Below, piece after piece: positions 26,836 through 39,653 of a stretch of 64,000 nucleotides of DNA. Each line of letters starts with the position of its first letter. Position 1 is the stretch's first letter. Origin of the DNA: Raillietiella orientalis (lineage: Eukaryota). The notes under the pieces are model-generated. The model did not search any database. It saw only the letters and a list, made by a program, of their open reading frames with translations, and was not told where the DNA came from. The stretch spans positions 496,001 through 560,000 of the forward strand of contig JAYWIR010000062.1 in NCBI GenBank assembly GCA_036172245.1. Reading direction: 5' to 3'. A program made the translations under genes and the position numbers.

Positions 26836-28330
26836 AAACGTCAGTGCACTTTGCTGGCAAGTTTTATTGTAGTCCTGTTTCATGTCCGAATGAATCACCC
26901 CATCTATGCGCGCACCTCGGAGGGAATAAATTCCTTGTGTTTGGTCTGAGTAATACTTCTTCGAGCACATTTCAGGTTGACCGGGAGTCTGGTAGGTATG
27001 CAACCATGACCTTGGCATACCCAGTCCGATGGCCTCCAAGTAGTATGCCTCCAAGTAAACTTGTGGTGACCAACTTGGGATGGCAGAAAGAATCAGCCTT
27101 GAATAAGTGCATTTATAAGAAAACTGCGCGTTGTTTGGTTGTATAAACGAATAAAACGGGAATGGTTGAAGAGACGGACGCTGATTGTGTTTCACTGGTT
27201 GTGTTTTCTGCGTTGCAACTCATGGACTGGTCAATCCATGTCGGGTGGTATTGCAAGGAAAGTATTCCACTTAATTGGATGAAAGGGGGAAAAACATGCT
27301 GTGGGAAAATGGTGGAGCTGATTACAAAGCCCAAGTTGTCCAAGTATAAGATAAAGAGTCATTGTGAAGCAATCTTGCTGCACAGTTTGTTTGTTTGTTT
27401 GTTTATTGTGCAGTGACAACCTTGTTAGAGGAGCACAATAGGACATGCAATAGGATTCATGCATCCGTGACTGTCGAGGGCTACGGACAGAACATTGGAT
27501 GTTTCGATTAAATAGCACTTTTAAAAACGAGGCTTTGGTTTTTCATTTCGTTTCAAACTACTTGTTTATTTCCACAGTTTCGGCAGCTGCCCTTCAACTT
27601 TGTATCAGTGCAAGTTCCATGGAATATAACCCTTAAAAATAAGGCCAAGGAGGAGAGTGTTTGCTGAATCATATCTTGAAAAAAAAAAAAAACAGATTTT
27701 CCATGCTGGAAAAACAGATTTTGAATAGTTTCGCGTTCAAACAGGTCGAAATTTGGAAACTGATAATTGCACTAAAAGTCCGTTTTTGTCCGTTTCGAAC
27801 TTTAACAGCTGTTCGAAAGATAAATTTCTTATTTGTCTCGGTTTATTCACTTGGCTTTAATCACATTCATGATCATATTCATGCTGATTAGAAATAAGTC
27901 GGATCCATTTTTAGAAAAAGAACGAAAACGTTTGATTCCTTTCAGATCGCTGCACTGGTACTTGGCTTTGAAAGTTTCACTGTCACTCGAATGACGGCAC
28001 CGAAGTTTTATGATGATTTTCCGATGATTCCTTTGATGCAGGTGTGTTGCGAGTTGCATTTCGTTTGGATTGCACCCGGAAATGCAATTTACACGTTGCA
28101 GAACAAAACACTGTAATCTTCACGTGGAACTTGAAATTTCTGCGAAGATGTTCACTTCTGGAATGAAAGATTTCAGAGGGCGAATTCTGAGCAGAGATTC
28201 TCTTTGCAGTAGAATAAGGAAAATCAACTGCTTTCATGTAGCTGCATATTTCTATTCCAGTAAAAGTACTTTTTTTTTTTAATGTACGAAAACCTTATTC
28301 TGTCTTGCTCCAAGCCATTTCTGTGACCAA

Positions 28331-30822
28331 TTACAATTTGGCATTACAAACATCACACACTTCAAGCAATCTGTGCACACACTGCTGGATTGAATACAGA
28401 TTGCGCATTATAGTTTCCATTTGTGTAACTCCTGGATTATTTTGTATCAATTGACTTATTGTTTTTTCATTATCCAACATAATCTGTGAAACTTCTTGGA
28501 TTTGCAAAAGCATTATTCCTTTTATCACATAAGGATGTTGCAGCAGATCATCTACTTTAGAACGAAGCTGTGGATTTCGAATAAGGCACTTGCTCATCAC
28601 ATCAAGCAGATCAGGTTCAGGACCAGATGGATATGAAATTGTATGATTTGGATCACAAATGGCAGTAATCTTTGCCAAAATGCCTTCCAAGTGTTGAAAT
28701 GGAGGACTACCATAAACCATGGTATACAGGATGCATCCCAGTGACCAAACATCAGATCTGCGATTAAACTAGGAGGCATTTATTGCAGAAAATAGCCATG
28801 ACTACCTTCACAGTAGACACACTATCCTGCTTGATTGAAGCAAACTTTTCAGGACACATGAAGTTAACAGTACCAATCATATTCTCTGTGATGACAGTTG
28901 TGCAATCAACTGGCATTTGAGATGAGATGCCAAAATCAATAAGTTTCAGTTGTCCATTAACTAACAAGAAGTTGGCAGGCTTCAAATCTGAGTGAATTAT
29001 TCCTAAAATACAGGACAACATGTATACATTCTTACTCTGAAAATAAATACACACTGTAACTGCAAAAGTAGGATTTCCCTCACTTACCCTGACTGTGTAT
29101 TTCTTTAACTGCAAGCAACATTTCCACCCAGTACGTGCATATCATATCTGGTTCCAATTGCCCACTGCGAGCTTTTAGATGACAATCTAGATCACCTTCA
29201 CCCAACTCCATGACCAGATAAAGGAACTGTTGCTGCTGTTCACTGATCTCACTTTCCAGTATCAGCTAAAGATTGTTACTCACAAGGCAAATAGTCTAAT
29301 AACACGACGACACACACTCTTCAATTTGTTTAACAATTCAGCTTCTTTAAGATATGAAGCCATTACTTTAGATGGCACATTCTGCAAGCCAACCTTCTTT
29401 ATAGCTCTCTTAGCACCACTTGCAATATCAATGGCCTGTAGCAAATATTATACATGCCACTGCATAGCATCAAAATGCACCTCATAAACTTGACCTGAAC
29501 CTCCTTGTGCTAGCATCTGACATAACCCATACTGACGTCCCTTTATCATCACAACATCACAATAAGTATTTGCAGGTGGTGCAAGTAGCTCAAAGCATGT
29601 TCTAGTATCTTTAGCCTGATCCTGGTCGAAGGTTCCAGTACTAACCTTCCCAGAAACACTTGGGACATTTTTAGAACTGGGTATATGGATGCAATCTGGG
29701 AAACTAGACAATGTGGAAGATTTTGCATTAATCTCACAAGCTGTGTCAACGTGGGAGGAAATAGTTTCCAAGCTCTTTTCATCCTACAAAAACAGATTTA
29801 GAATACGTATTAAAAAGTCGACTATACCGTCTGTTCTCCTTTGTTCAGAGATCCATTTAAGCAATGCACAACACTGCAAAAAAAGTTTGGTAAAATTTCA
29901 TTCCTACATGCTAAAAAACAGGCCTTACTTTGAACCATGCGCATTATCGCTTTCAATTTTTCTAACATTTCCTTCGTCATCACTTACAGAATCGTCATCG
30001 TATGCAAGTTTTATGCCTATTTGATCATCACTATCATCTTCATCGGACGATGATGATGCATTATATTTTATGGGCTGAATCAAGGAACGATATAATGTCC
30101 ATTCTGGTCCTGATCTATCAATAGTCCTATAAACAAACGCACAGTACTGATAACCATCTATCAATAACAAACCTATTACGTGTAGTGCTATCCATGAGCA
30201 TCACAAAAAATATCCAAAAATCGTATCATATCGAATACATGAGAATACACTTTTTAAAAGATTAACAATAAGTTTAATGGTTCAAAACACATCACTAAAT
30301 CCAGTACAGTGAATCAGCAAATTCGTAATTCCGACAAATAATTACTTTGAGCCAATACCTAACTGCATTCAAGTTTTCTTCTTTCAAAACAAGTTCGCAA
30401 TGACGATCAAGGCATACCAATCACATGTTAACGTCGAAAGTCAATTCGTTCTGAAATGATAGCAAAAACATGCACTTAATTACTGGCGGATAACTCTCTT
30501 AATTACTGGAGGGAACTGAACAAAAATTTTCCAATTTATTGTTCATTTGTTACAAACCAATTTTGTCTTTTAAAGCACTAAACACTTGAAAATATTTCTG
30601 AATTAATCTGAGTATAGTATCAACTTGGAAAAATACATTAATAGTTTTAATATGGATCAAAGAAAACAAAACAATCAAATTTATGATTCCTTGAGAATTT
30701 TTTAAATGGTCAGTGTGCATTTGTTCGATTTTTGTATTCTCATCTTTGGAATACTGTATATTTGCTAATTCAAAGATTCTTAGATTCAGACTTTTGGGGG
30801 GATCTCTAAAAGTTTCAGTCAT
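28331..30822 (-). CDS. TTK: Dual-specificity spindle-checkpoint kinase Mps1/TTK, multi-exon (N-terminal exon structure uncertain)
   Basis: [59 protein letters not shown] and [22 protein letters not shown] are Mps1 signatures. Confidence 0.9.
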
Positions 30823-32247
30823 TTGTGCTCAATAATGTGAAATCTAAACTACTTGTGGCACAATGCTCTCTTCTTTTTTTAAAAAAAAAGACAGAAAAAC
30901 TGAGAACACACAAAGTAAAATAATCAAAAATATTTGAAAAACACCTGTAAGGATACAAGAGTATTGGTAAATTATTATCTGCACACTGAATAAAAAAAAA
31001 AAAAGAAAACCATAGGTAACATAAATAGGAACTAACCGAAAAAAGCTGAGCCTAAATTCATTAAAACGAGAAGAATTTGCTATTGGAAACGCACAATGTA
31101 GCTATCTTTCAACTTTTTTTTATCCTTCAGTAATCCTATGCATATTAATGCGTACATTCCAAACTCTAAATCTTTCAAGTACAAATTTAGCTATTCTTTG
31201 TTGTCTCCAACACAAATTACATTATGGTTTCGAGGATGTTTCCGACTATCAACTTTTAATACTTTATGAGGGCATCGAAGCAGGTGGAAATCGAATGAGA
31301 AAAAATCTTAATGTATTGAGACAAAATAGTGGAAATGTTTTGCAAAAAAAAATACATAAACCAATGATATCTGAATTCACATTGAAAAGAGAAGGCACAA
31401 ATCTATTCTTAAAATTCTACAACATCATATTTGAAATAAGTTGAATGACTCGATTTTTGAATGAGTTCATTTAGTTGAATCACTAAATGAATAGTTCAAT
31501 ACAATATCCGTTTATTAAACGAAAAGCATGCATGTTATCTTAGCATGGAATTCTCTGTTTTCTCTAATAAGACAACATGGAGAAGAAAAAAATTTAAAGC
31601 TGGATTTCCACATTTTCTAGTCCAATATTGTTGACAAAATACCTTAAGTCGATTATATCATTATTCCTTGTTCATATAATTTCGAAAAACTACAGAAAAA
31701 AATGGGCTGCTAAATGCAAGATTGCTTACTCTTATAAGGGCTTCATTTTATTCTACCTGAAATGGAAACTCGGTTGTCTGCACTGAAACAGCGGCTCAAT
31801 CACGTTCATTACGTTCAGGTAGCCAAAAAACAAAATTCCACGTTTCACCTCCCTGCGAAGGTCTTGGAGTCACTCTTGCTGGAAAATGCGCGAAGACCAT
31901 ACGCTAACAAACAGAGATGAGGCAACTCCTTACGATGACATGCGGGGAGTTGCTCGCACAAAGTACACAGCCACATTGGCCGAATGCTAACGTCCACCTA
32001 AGTAACTGGATGCGCTTGGCTCGCATCAAAGTCTACTGTCACCAGGCGGACGACCTCGAACCTGGGTGGATCAGTATCTCACTCAGACAGACAGACCAAC
32101 TGTTCCTTTCGTCGGCAATCTCCAAACCTGATCAAAGGGTGCAAAAGGGGTCCGCTTCCCCCTCTCCAAATATTGCTGTCAAGGCTCGAAGTCAGGAGCG
32201 AAGATCTGCAAACTCTTCCCGAGAGGAACGCCCTTCGTGAGAATGCA

Positions 32248-33664
32248 ATCGTGAAATCAGAGCTATCCAGTCCACGGAGACACCATCTACACAATCTTGT
32301 GCCCCATTCTCCCCCCTTATGAAAGGTCGACGGTCGGGGAATCCTGAAATTGACTGTTCATTTCTTCAGAGGGATGCAACACGGAGATGCGCAGCAGCCG
32401 CATCGACAAGTCTGGAGGGAGACCAACGATAGACCCAGAGAACATAAGGGAGCGACACCCAAAGCACGCGGAAAAGGAGACAGAGAGCTGCTCGAAAAGA
32501 TGCGCATCTCCCAACACATCCTCCCACTGGAGAAGAGAGTATACGTATCAGCAACGTATGCACTGGGGAAGCTTCGGGTCGTGTGCACACGTACCCCCCA
32601 GGCACGAGGGAATTCTGCAGCTCTTGCGCAACCGAGTGCACTCCCCAGAGAGAGGGTCACAGAGCAGCGCATTCCTGAGAGAGAGAAGAGATGGAAACCG
32701 TCTCCGGCAGCTGCACAAGGACGCGGCGTTCGATGCGGATCAAGTCACCCCCATTCGACGCTACAGCCGTTACCCCTACGCCAGCCCCTGCGTTTCTAGT
32801 CGATGATGCTAAGGGTCCGTGAAGTAGCGCAACCACCCTTCCTTCTCTGGAAGCTGGATGGGGTTGCTTTCGAAAAACGGCGAAAGTTTCATACTGAGGG
32901 CCCGCGTCGGCTCCGAACACGAATGCCAAACCATCCGAGGAATATCACGCAGATGCCGATCGCTCCAGATGACGGAGCAGACTCGTGCAGCCCCAGATCG
33001 GGAATGTATCAACTGGGAGGAAGCCGCTGCAGGTGCATTCGCGGCCACTAAGGGAGCGATGGTGGCACCCGCAGGTACCGTGAGGGCCTCGGGCAGCACT
33101 GACTACGGGATGCTTGTCAGAACCACAAAACCACTAGGATTACCGGAGTCGCTTTCTAACTGCGTGAAGAATGTCCGACATCGCGACCACCATCAACGTT
33201 TCAGAAGCACCTCGAAAATCGGGTCGATAAGAGACTCAGGCGAGAGGTGTGGAAGAGAAGTCTAGCACTCTTAGTGTTTTAGGTAGGGGTCATGTTGGCA
33301 TGCGCACAGAGATTCCGAAGGACGAGGTAACTGCAGATTAATTATCAACGGATTCATCACCGGGACTGTGCCGATAATTTCCGATTCTTCCGGGAGCACA
33401 GTAGCTGTCAAAAAGCCGAGATCGCAGTCGCATGATGCACGGCGGAAGGTCTAGCAAGTCGGCAAGCCAGCCCGCAAAAGCCGATGTTCCCTGGCCTCAG
33501 AGAACTGGAAACAGAAGAGACCCATTACCTTGGACGTTACGCATCAGGGACGCTCGCGGAAACCATCGACTTGCACGCGCGGCTCCCACGGCCGTCCCAG
33601 TCCGTGAAATAAGTCCGCACGTTCCATCGCTCCGTCTTCCTTCCAAGGAGATGAGCAGTTCCTG
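32248..33664 (+). pseudogene. Decayed parvovirus-like endogenous element: NS1 (HUH + SF3 helicase) followed by VP1 PLA2
   Basis: IVKSELSSPRRHHLHNLV (HUH, 32248-32301); ISQHILPLEK (~YLLPK); FLLW...EKRRKFHTEGP (Walker A region); INWEEA (Walker B); MLVRTTKP (motif C); then HYLGRY...IDLHARL/HG...GDEQFL (PLA2, 33523-33664). Confidence 0.65.
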
Positions 33665-36600
33665 TGGAAGGGAATTCTGTTTCCAAAGATCCCAAACAGC
33701 AGCTATCCAGTCAAAGAAGTTCCCCGGGATCGAGCGAGGCCTAGCGTGGAGAGAGAAGAGAGCTCGGAATCAGCGTGCAGCATCTCTGCCGACAAGGGAG
33801 CATTGGGATAAAAATGCTCTTCGTTCGCCTTTTTTGACGTTTTTTTAAACAGCTTTCCGACTGGAATTTCTGCTTCTACGACCGGAAGCAGTCAGGATGC
33901 ACAGGCAAAGAGCCATCAATCCGTCACGGGTTCTGGAGTCGCGCCAAGCAAGTTCTTCCCGGAGGAGGAGGAAGAGAAAAGAAGGGAGAGGATGAGGAAG
34001 AAAGAAGGATGAGGATGAGGGACGGGGAAAAAGAAGGAGTTGAGGTGGCCTCCGGATCCTGGAGATGCCCTTACACCCGTCTCTTCGTCCCAAAGAGGAG
34101 CCTAGGAGGGGGGCATGAGCAGAAGAGAAGAGGTGGAGGGGGTAGGTGGGTGGGCAGGTCGTCGAGGTAGGGTGCTTCTGAGTATGGGGAGGGGGAAGGG
34201 GCTGAACCCGTCGAGGGTGAAATCCTCCTTGACTCGGACACAGTCGGTTTTGTGCTGACTTTTGGGGAACGAGGGAGGAGAAGCGAGTCTGCACGAAGGG
34301 CACGCACAAGGTGTGCCCTTTCTTCGCGGTGGTCCACTGAAAACTTCCCCCGACCTTATCATCTTGCGAAGGGTCACTCCCTCCCCTCGACCACCACTCT
34401 CGGGTCGAGAGGAGCGGTCGACCTGCCTTCCGTCTGTCGGTCACGCCCCGGAGCGGCTCCTCGACGTGTGCGTCACTCGCTCGCCTTCAGCAGAAACGCC
34501 GGGTCCCATCCTGGAACAGCCCCTCGGACGCTCCCCAGTCTGATCTCCACCTCGAAGTTCTTTCCAGGCCCTTCCCTTCCCGAGGGCCATCTCGCTGCTC
34601 CTTGGACGATTCCTTTATGGAGAAGGGGGAACGGGACGCTGCTGGCCACCATCCGTCTCCCCTCTCCCCCGGTCCCATCCTTCCTCCCTCCTCCAGGAAG
34701 TGGATCATCCTTGCTTGTGGCCCCGCTGACTCTTCCTTGGCGGTGCGAGAGCCGTCCGGTATCTTTCCTCCCCGCGGTTGTGTCCTGGAAGAACTCGGTT
34801 TGCCGGCAGAGGTTTCCAAGGCGAAAGCTTCAGCGAGCCAAGACGGCGGCCTCACGAGCTGCCAGCCGTGCCTCCTGACGCCGCCGGAACGCAGTCGCCT
34901 CTCCGCCAGCATCCTGGAGGCTTCGGGGTGACGCTCGCCCGCTAGTCTCCAGGAGGAAGGTGGTGCGTCACCTGGAGGAACCCTCCGCCGATCGAGCGCG
35001 GGCGGCCCCGAGTTCCCTGCCCGCAGGAAACGCGTGCTCCGGCGGCTGCTGCGAGGGAGGCGTCTTAAAGGCGGCCCCTGTGGGGGCTGCCCGGGTACAG
35101 GCTGGGGAGCGAGGCAGCTCCTGGGTACGGCTCCGGGATGCAGTCGCGTCGTGCGGGAGGTTTCTGCTCCTCCTCGTCGGGAAGGGCCGGCTGAAATAGC
35201 TCGCTGCCATTGGGCAGCAGCAGTCTGTCCTGCAGAAGGCCGCCACGTCTGCGCCGCTCCCCTTCCCTGAGCCGCCCTATGGACGCGCACACCCTTCCTC
35301 CCCCTCTCTACAGGGTGGACAGATAGTGGAGGCGGCTCCCGGACTGCTTTGGGCGTCGGTGACCAGCTGACGCGATTCGGTAGTTCTCCTTGCGCGATGG
35401 GTCGACCACCGAAGGGGTGCTTGCGAGGTGAAGAGCAAGAGCATTTGCCTCCCTCCCTTTCTTCTCCGTGAGTTTTCCCTCCCGTCCTTCCTCCTCTCTC
35501 TTCGTCGGGTCCTCCCTCCCTGAGCGCTCGTGCCCTGCGGGAGCTGCTGGGGACCGAGGTCGGGGGAAGGAGTAAGAGGAGGCGACGCGGGCTCTCTGGT
35601 CGAGCGGGGCCACCAACGGTGCCGGTGAAGCGCCAGCCTTGGTGGGCACTCGTCTCCTTTCCCACGGGCGGTCAGGCGAAAACGGAAGGCCAGTGGATGC
35701 CGGGAGAGTCCATACTGGTGGACTTCCCTGCGATGGAGGGGGAGGAAAGGGAAGCTACAATTGCAAAGCAACAGTGGGCGAATCTTTCACTGTTGCTAAC
35801 TAAGGAGGAGGCCATCACTAAGGCTGCGTTTCCATTTTCTTCCTTTTGTTTGGTCCTCTTCTTGAGTCCCGGTTTGCTCTTCAAGGGCTTCAGCCACGTG
35901 ATTGTATTTGACGACGCTTCCAGCAGGGAGGCAGGGACAACTGGAGCCGCGGCTCTCATTGGTCGGCGCGCTTATCTCGTGCATTTCGATCCGGTCACGT
36001 GACGCGAGCCCGAGCCCCTGACAGGCGAGTCGAGTTCGATCGCCCTCCCGGAAGAACTCTGTTTCCCAGGCGACGGGAACTCGTCGGGGCCGGGAAAGGA
36101 AGGGGGGGGGGGAGAAGAAGGAAGAGAGGTCTGGCAGGCAAGTCGAATTCCATCTCGACCCCCAAGGCACGCACAACCTGCGGAAACGAGGGGAAGGGAG
36201 CTGCCGATTCTCCACGAGCTGTCTGCCTCCTCCACCACCACCGTCGACTCGGATGCCACGCCGGTGTTTCGGCTCCAGAAACCCACCACGGTTCGTCGTG
36301 GAGAGGTACTGTGCTGCGTCGCCTAACTGCCTGCGGGCTTTCGCGCGCGTGACGGAAACACCGTTACCAAGGAAACGCTCCTACACGCTGCGAGCCCTCT
36401 TCCGCGGGACACGGAGAAGGAGACCTCCTGTCGCGTCCCGCTTTCGCAGCTCCTGTGGCGCATAGAACACGATGCACCGCGGCGGGGAGGGGAGAGGAGG
36501 AGGAGAGGAAGGAGCTGAGCAGCTCGTCCGAGGTCCTCGGAGAGAGCACTGCTCAGCTGCAACTGTTGTTCTTAGGTCTCCATCGAACGTTCCAGCGAAA

Positions 36601-39068
36601 CGAATCCGTGGGAAAACAGCGCATTGGGCGAAGAGGCACCCTCTTAGGTCCGAGTCATGGGAAACGGGTCGGTTACCATCGAAACGTGGAAACGCCTCCC
36701 TACTTCGTTCCTTACTTGGTTTGCCTGTTGACCTACGCAGCAGCTTTCGTAGCTCTTTGCAGTAGGCTTGCCATCCCGCCCTGTGTTCGGGCACAGAAGC
36801 AGCTGAAGAGATAGCTGCACACTTTCCACTTTCCATTGTGAAACGAACAAACTTCCGAGAACAACACTTGGCCAATTTTTGCTTCTTTCTTCTTTTCTTT
36901 CTGTATTCTTTCCTTCCCCCCCCCCCTTCGTGGGGGGTTATCCATTTGCTCGGCCTGCGGGGTGCGCGTTCGGGGAACGCAAGGAACGGGCAGGGAGCGC
37001 TAACAATGCGCGGGAATCGCCGGAATCGCCCTGTTGCTAAGGCAGCCGCCATTTTCAAATTTCACCTCACTTGAGCACCCATGCGGGAAACACGGCATTT
37101 TTTGCAAGTCGAAGTGAGAAAATAGGTAAGTTGTAAGAGTTTACACCTCGAGCAAAGGGGTCGTCGCCACGTGTCGTAGGGCGCAATCTCGCTCGTGATA
37201 CGTGCTTCTGTGTGTTGTGGGAGGGGAAGGGGAAGGGAGGGAGCGGGGTGGGGGTGAGGGGTAGACGCGCCATATTGTGTACGTGAGGCGCCTGTTCGTT
37301 TTCCGCGTAGGCCCCGTGCTGTATTTTCTGTGTTGCTTCCCCGCATGGGTGGGGTGGGTGGGGGGCTACACCAGCTTCCTTGCTGCTCCTTTTTGTTTGC
37401 TTGTTTGCATGTGTGTCTTTTTTGCTTCCGAGACCTTGCAACACGGGCGGGCTGCCCCCGATCGTCGGGAAGTTTTTTCTGCGCTGGTCGGATACCCAAA
37501 GAGGCTCACGAGAGCCGTCAGTTCACCAAGACCTCCCTCTGTGCTGGGGCCAGGTACTTCAGGACCTGCCAAGGAAGAGTGGACGAGCTGGAGGAATCAG
37601 GGCGAGCTGGAGAGGTTCGCGTGCACTTTTCTTGGCTTTTGTTTTTCGGGCTCATCACGAGGTGTTTGCACCTCTTCTCTTTGCTCTCGGCGCCAGCGAG
37701 AACGTAGGGGACTCTGCATCTCCGTGCAAGGGGCAGCAGATGGTGATCGTTCGGTCAGCTCGAAACGTGTGCCATCCCTTCCTCCACCAATCTCTCCACC
37801 TCTTCTGACGGATCGTCGTCGGTCAGCCAACAGACACACTGCGCGCCCTTTTCCGCGGGACGCTCAGGGAGAGGTCTCCTGTCACGCCCGCTTTCGTAGT
37901 CCCTGCGGCGTTTAGCACGGTACGGCGCAGCGGAGGAGCTGCAAAAGCTCCAGACTCCTGGAAGAAGCCGAGCAGCGGTCAGAGACAGTGGGCGGAGGCG
38001 GTGGCAGAAGCCAACCGACAGGGAGTTTCCTGACAAAGGAGGCGTAGTGACGGCAGTGGGAGGAATGTTGTCTGGGAGAAGGAGTCTGCCTCGTAGTGAT
38101 CCACATCGTGGTCGTCTTCCCCGGAAGATCCTCCTTGCCACTGCGTCCGGAAGGAAAGAGACCGGGATGCTCGGTGGGTGCAGCCCGTGTGTCCGGCTGG
38201 GACGGGAAACGCCCGCCCGTCTTCCTTTGACGAGAGCCGTTCGTCCTCCAGCTCGGAGGAGGAGGAGGGAATGGCCGCGCTGGAGCCCTCTCTCCCGCGT
38301 CCCCACTCGGGACGGGAGAGAGCCTCCACTCCCGCATTTCACCCTCGTCGCTCGCCCTCCTTGATCTCTTGCTCCAAAGCGATCGGTCGGAATTTGTCGG
38401 CCGCGCACCGCCGCCGGCCCCCCGGGAGACGCGTGTCCCCGCTACTGGGCGACCCGCTTTCTCTCCTCCTCCTTTTCTTTCATCCTTTTTTTTTTTTTTT
38501 TTTACTTTCTTTCTTTCTTTTTTATTGCTCTGATTAAAAAGGCACAAAGTACCTCCAGACTCCCTTATCTCGGGTCGGCAAGCTCCGCTCTCCCGGTTTA
38601 ATCCGGGGTGAGGGAATGAATTGCGGCGCGTGCGGGGAGTCCTGGAGCCCATTACGGGGAGGGACGCGCATTTCGCGCCCGCTGAACCGGGAAACGAGGC
38701 TCATCCACGCCTCCCGAGATAAACATCTTTTCAATTACTCCGCTCCGTCTATCGCCCGTCGATCTCTGGGAGGCTGTGGTGATCTCTCACAGGCCGCTTC
38801 TCTGAGAGGAGGGGAATCCGAGGGCGCAGGAGAAGCAGCCCCATGCGAGACCCTCCCTCCTCCCGTCTTAGTCCCTCATCCAGACTTGGCTCCCTCCTCC
38901 CGCCTCGTCCCCGTCTTCCCTTCCGGGGATGCCCTCCTCTCCCGTTCCCTACCTCCCCCTTCCCAAACCGGGAGCGGCACCTCGCGCAGGGGCGCCGCAT
39001 TGTCCTCTGTGGTCTGTTTAATGACATCGGCGGCGGGAAAGAGGTGGGGAGTGGGTGGGGAGGCGTCG

Positions 39069-39653
39069 TCAGCGGGGTAGGCGGAGCAGGGAGCAGGCCC
39101 TAACCGCCAGGCAGAAGTCCGCGTCGCCGTCGGCATCGCCGTTGCGGTAAGGCAGGAGGAGTCCAGAGGGTAAGGCGGTCGCGTGGTCGTCGGCCGCGGT
39201 TCCGGGCCCCGGACGGGCGGTGGCGCCCGTCCGGGACTGCTCCCAGCTCTGCCACCGTAGGATCCGCGTCAGCAGCTTGATGTAGCGGATGGCCAGCCGC
39301 AGGACCTCGGTCTTGCTGAGCTTCTTGTCGGGGGGGTACGTCGGCACCAGTCGGCGCAGCTCCGCAAACGCGCCATTCATGTTCTGCTGGCGCCACCGCT
39401 CCCGGCTGTTGGCGAACGTCTGCCTCGCGCCGCCGAAGTCCTTCGCCGCTGCCGCCTCCTCCTCCTCCTCTTCCTCCTCCGCGGCGCGCTCTCCGTCCTG
39501 TCGCCGTCGCCTCTGCCGGGGACTCCCCCAGAGGCACGGCTGCTCCTCGGGCTCCGTATCGGCGGACAGCTCGAACTCCGACCCCTCGGTAAGGTCCGAG
39601 TCGCTGCCGGCGGCGCCGCCTTCCCGGCCTGCGCTGGATGACGGCGACGACAT
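39069..39653 (-). CDS. TAL1: TAL1/SCL/LYL-family bHLH transcription factor (HLH3B-like)
   Basis: [55 protein letters not shown] at 39653 follows a ttgcag acceptor near 39684; upstream exons are unresolved. Confidence 0.92.
   Translation of the reverse strand: MSSPSSSAGREGGAAGSDSDLTEGSEFELSADTEPEEQPCLWGSPRQRRRRQDGERAAEEEEEEEEAAAAKDFGGARQTFANSRERWRQQNMNGAFAELRRLVPTYPPDKKLSKTEVLRLAIRYIKLLTRILRWQSWEQSRTGATARPGPGTAADDHATALPSGLLLPYRNGDADGDADFCLAVRACSLLRLPR

Noticed and set aside
31148..31444. Further faint NS1-like words (also 18.5-18.7, 35.7-35.8, 45.0-45.2 and 48.1-48.3 kb)
   Set aside because: Only one or two loose motifs each; indistinguishable from chance without a profile search.
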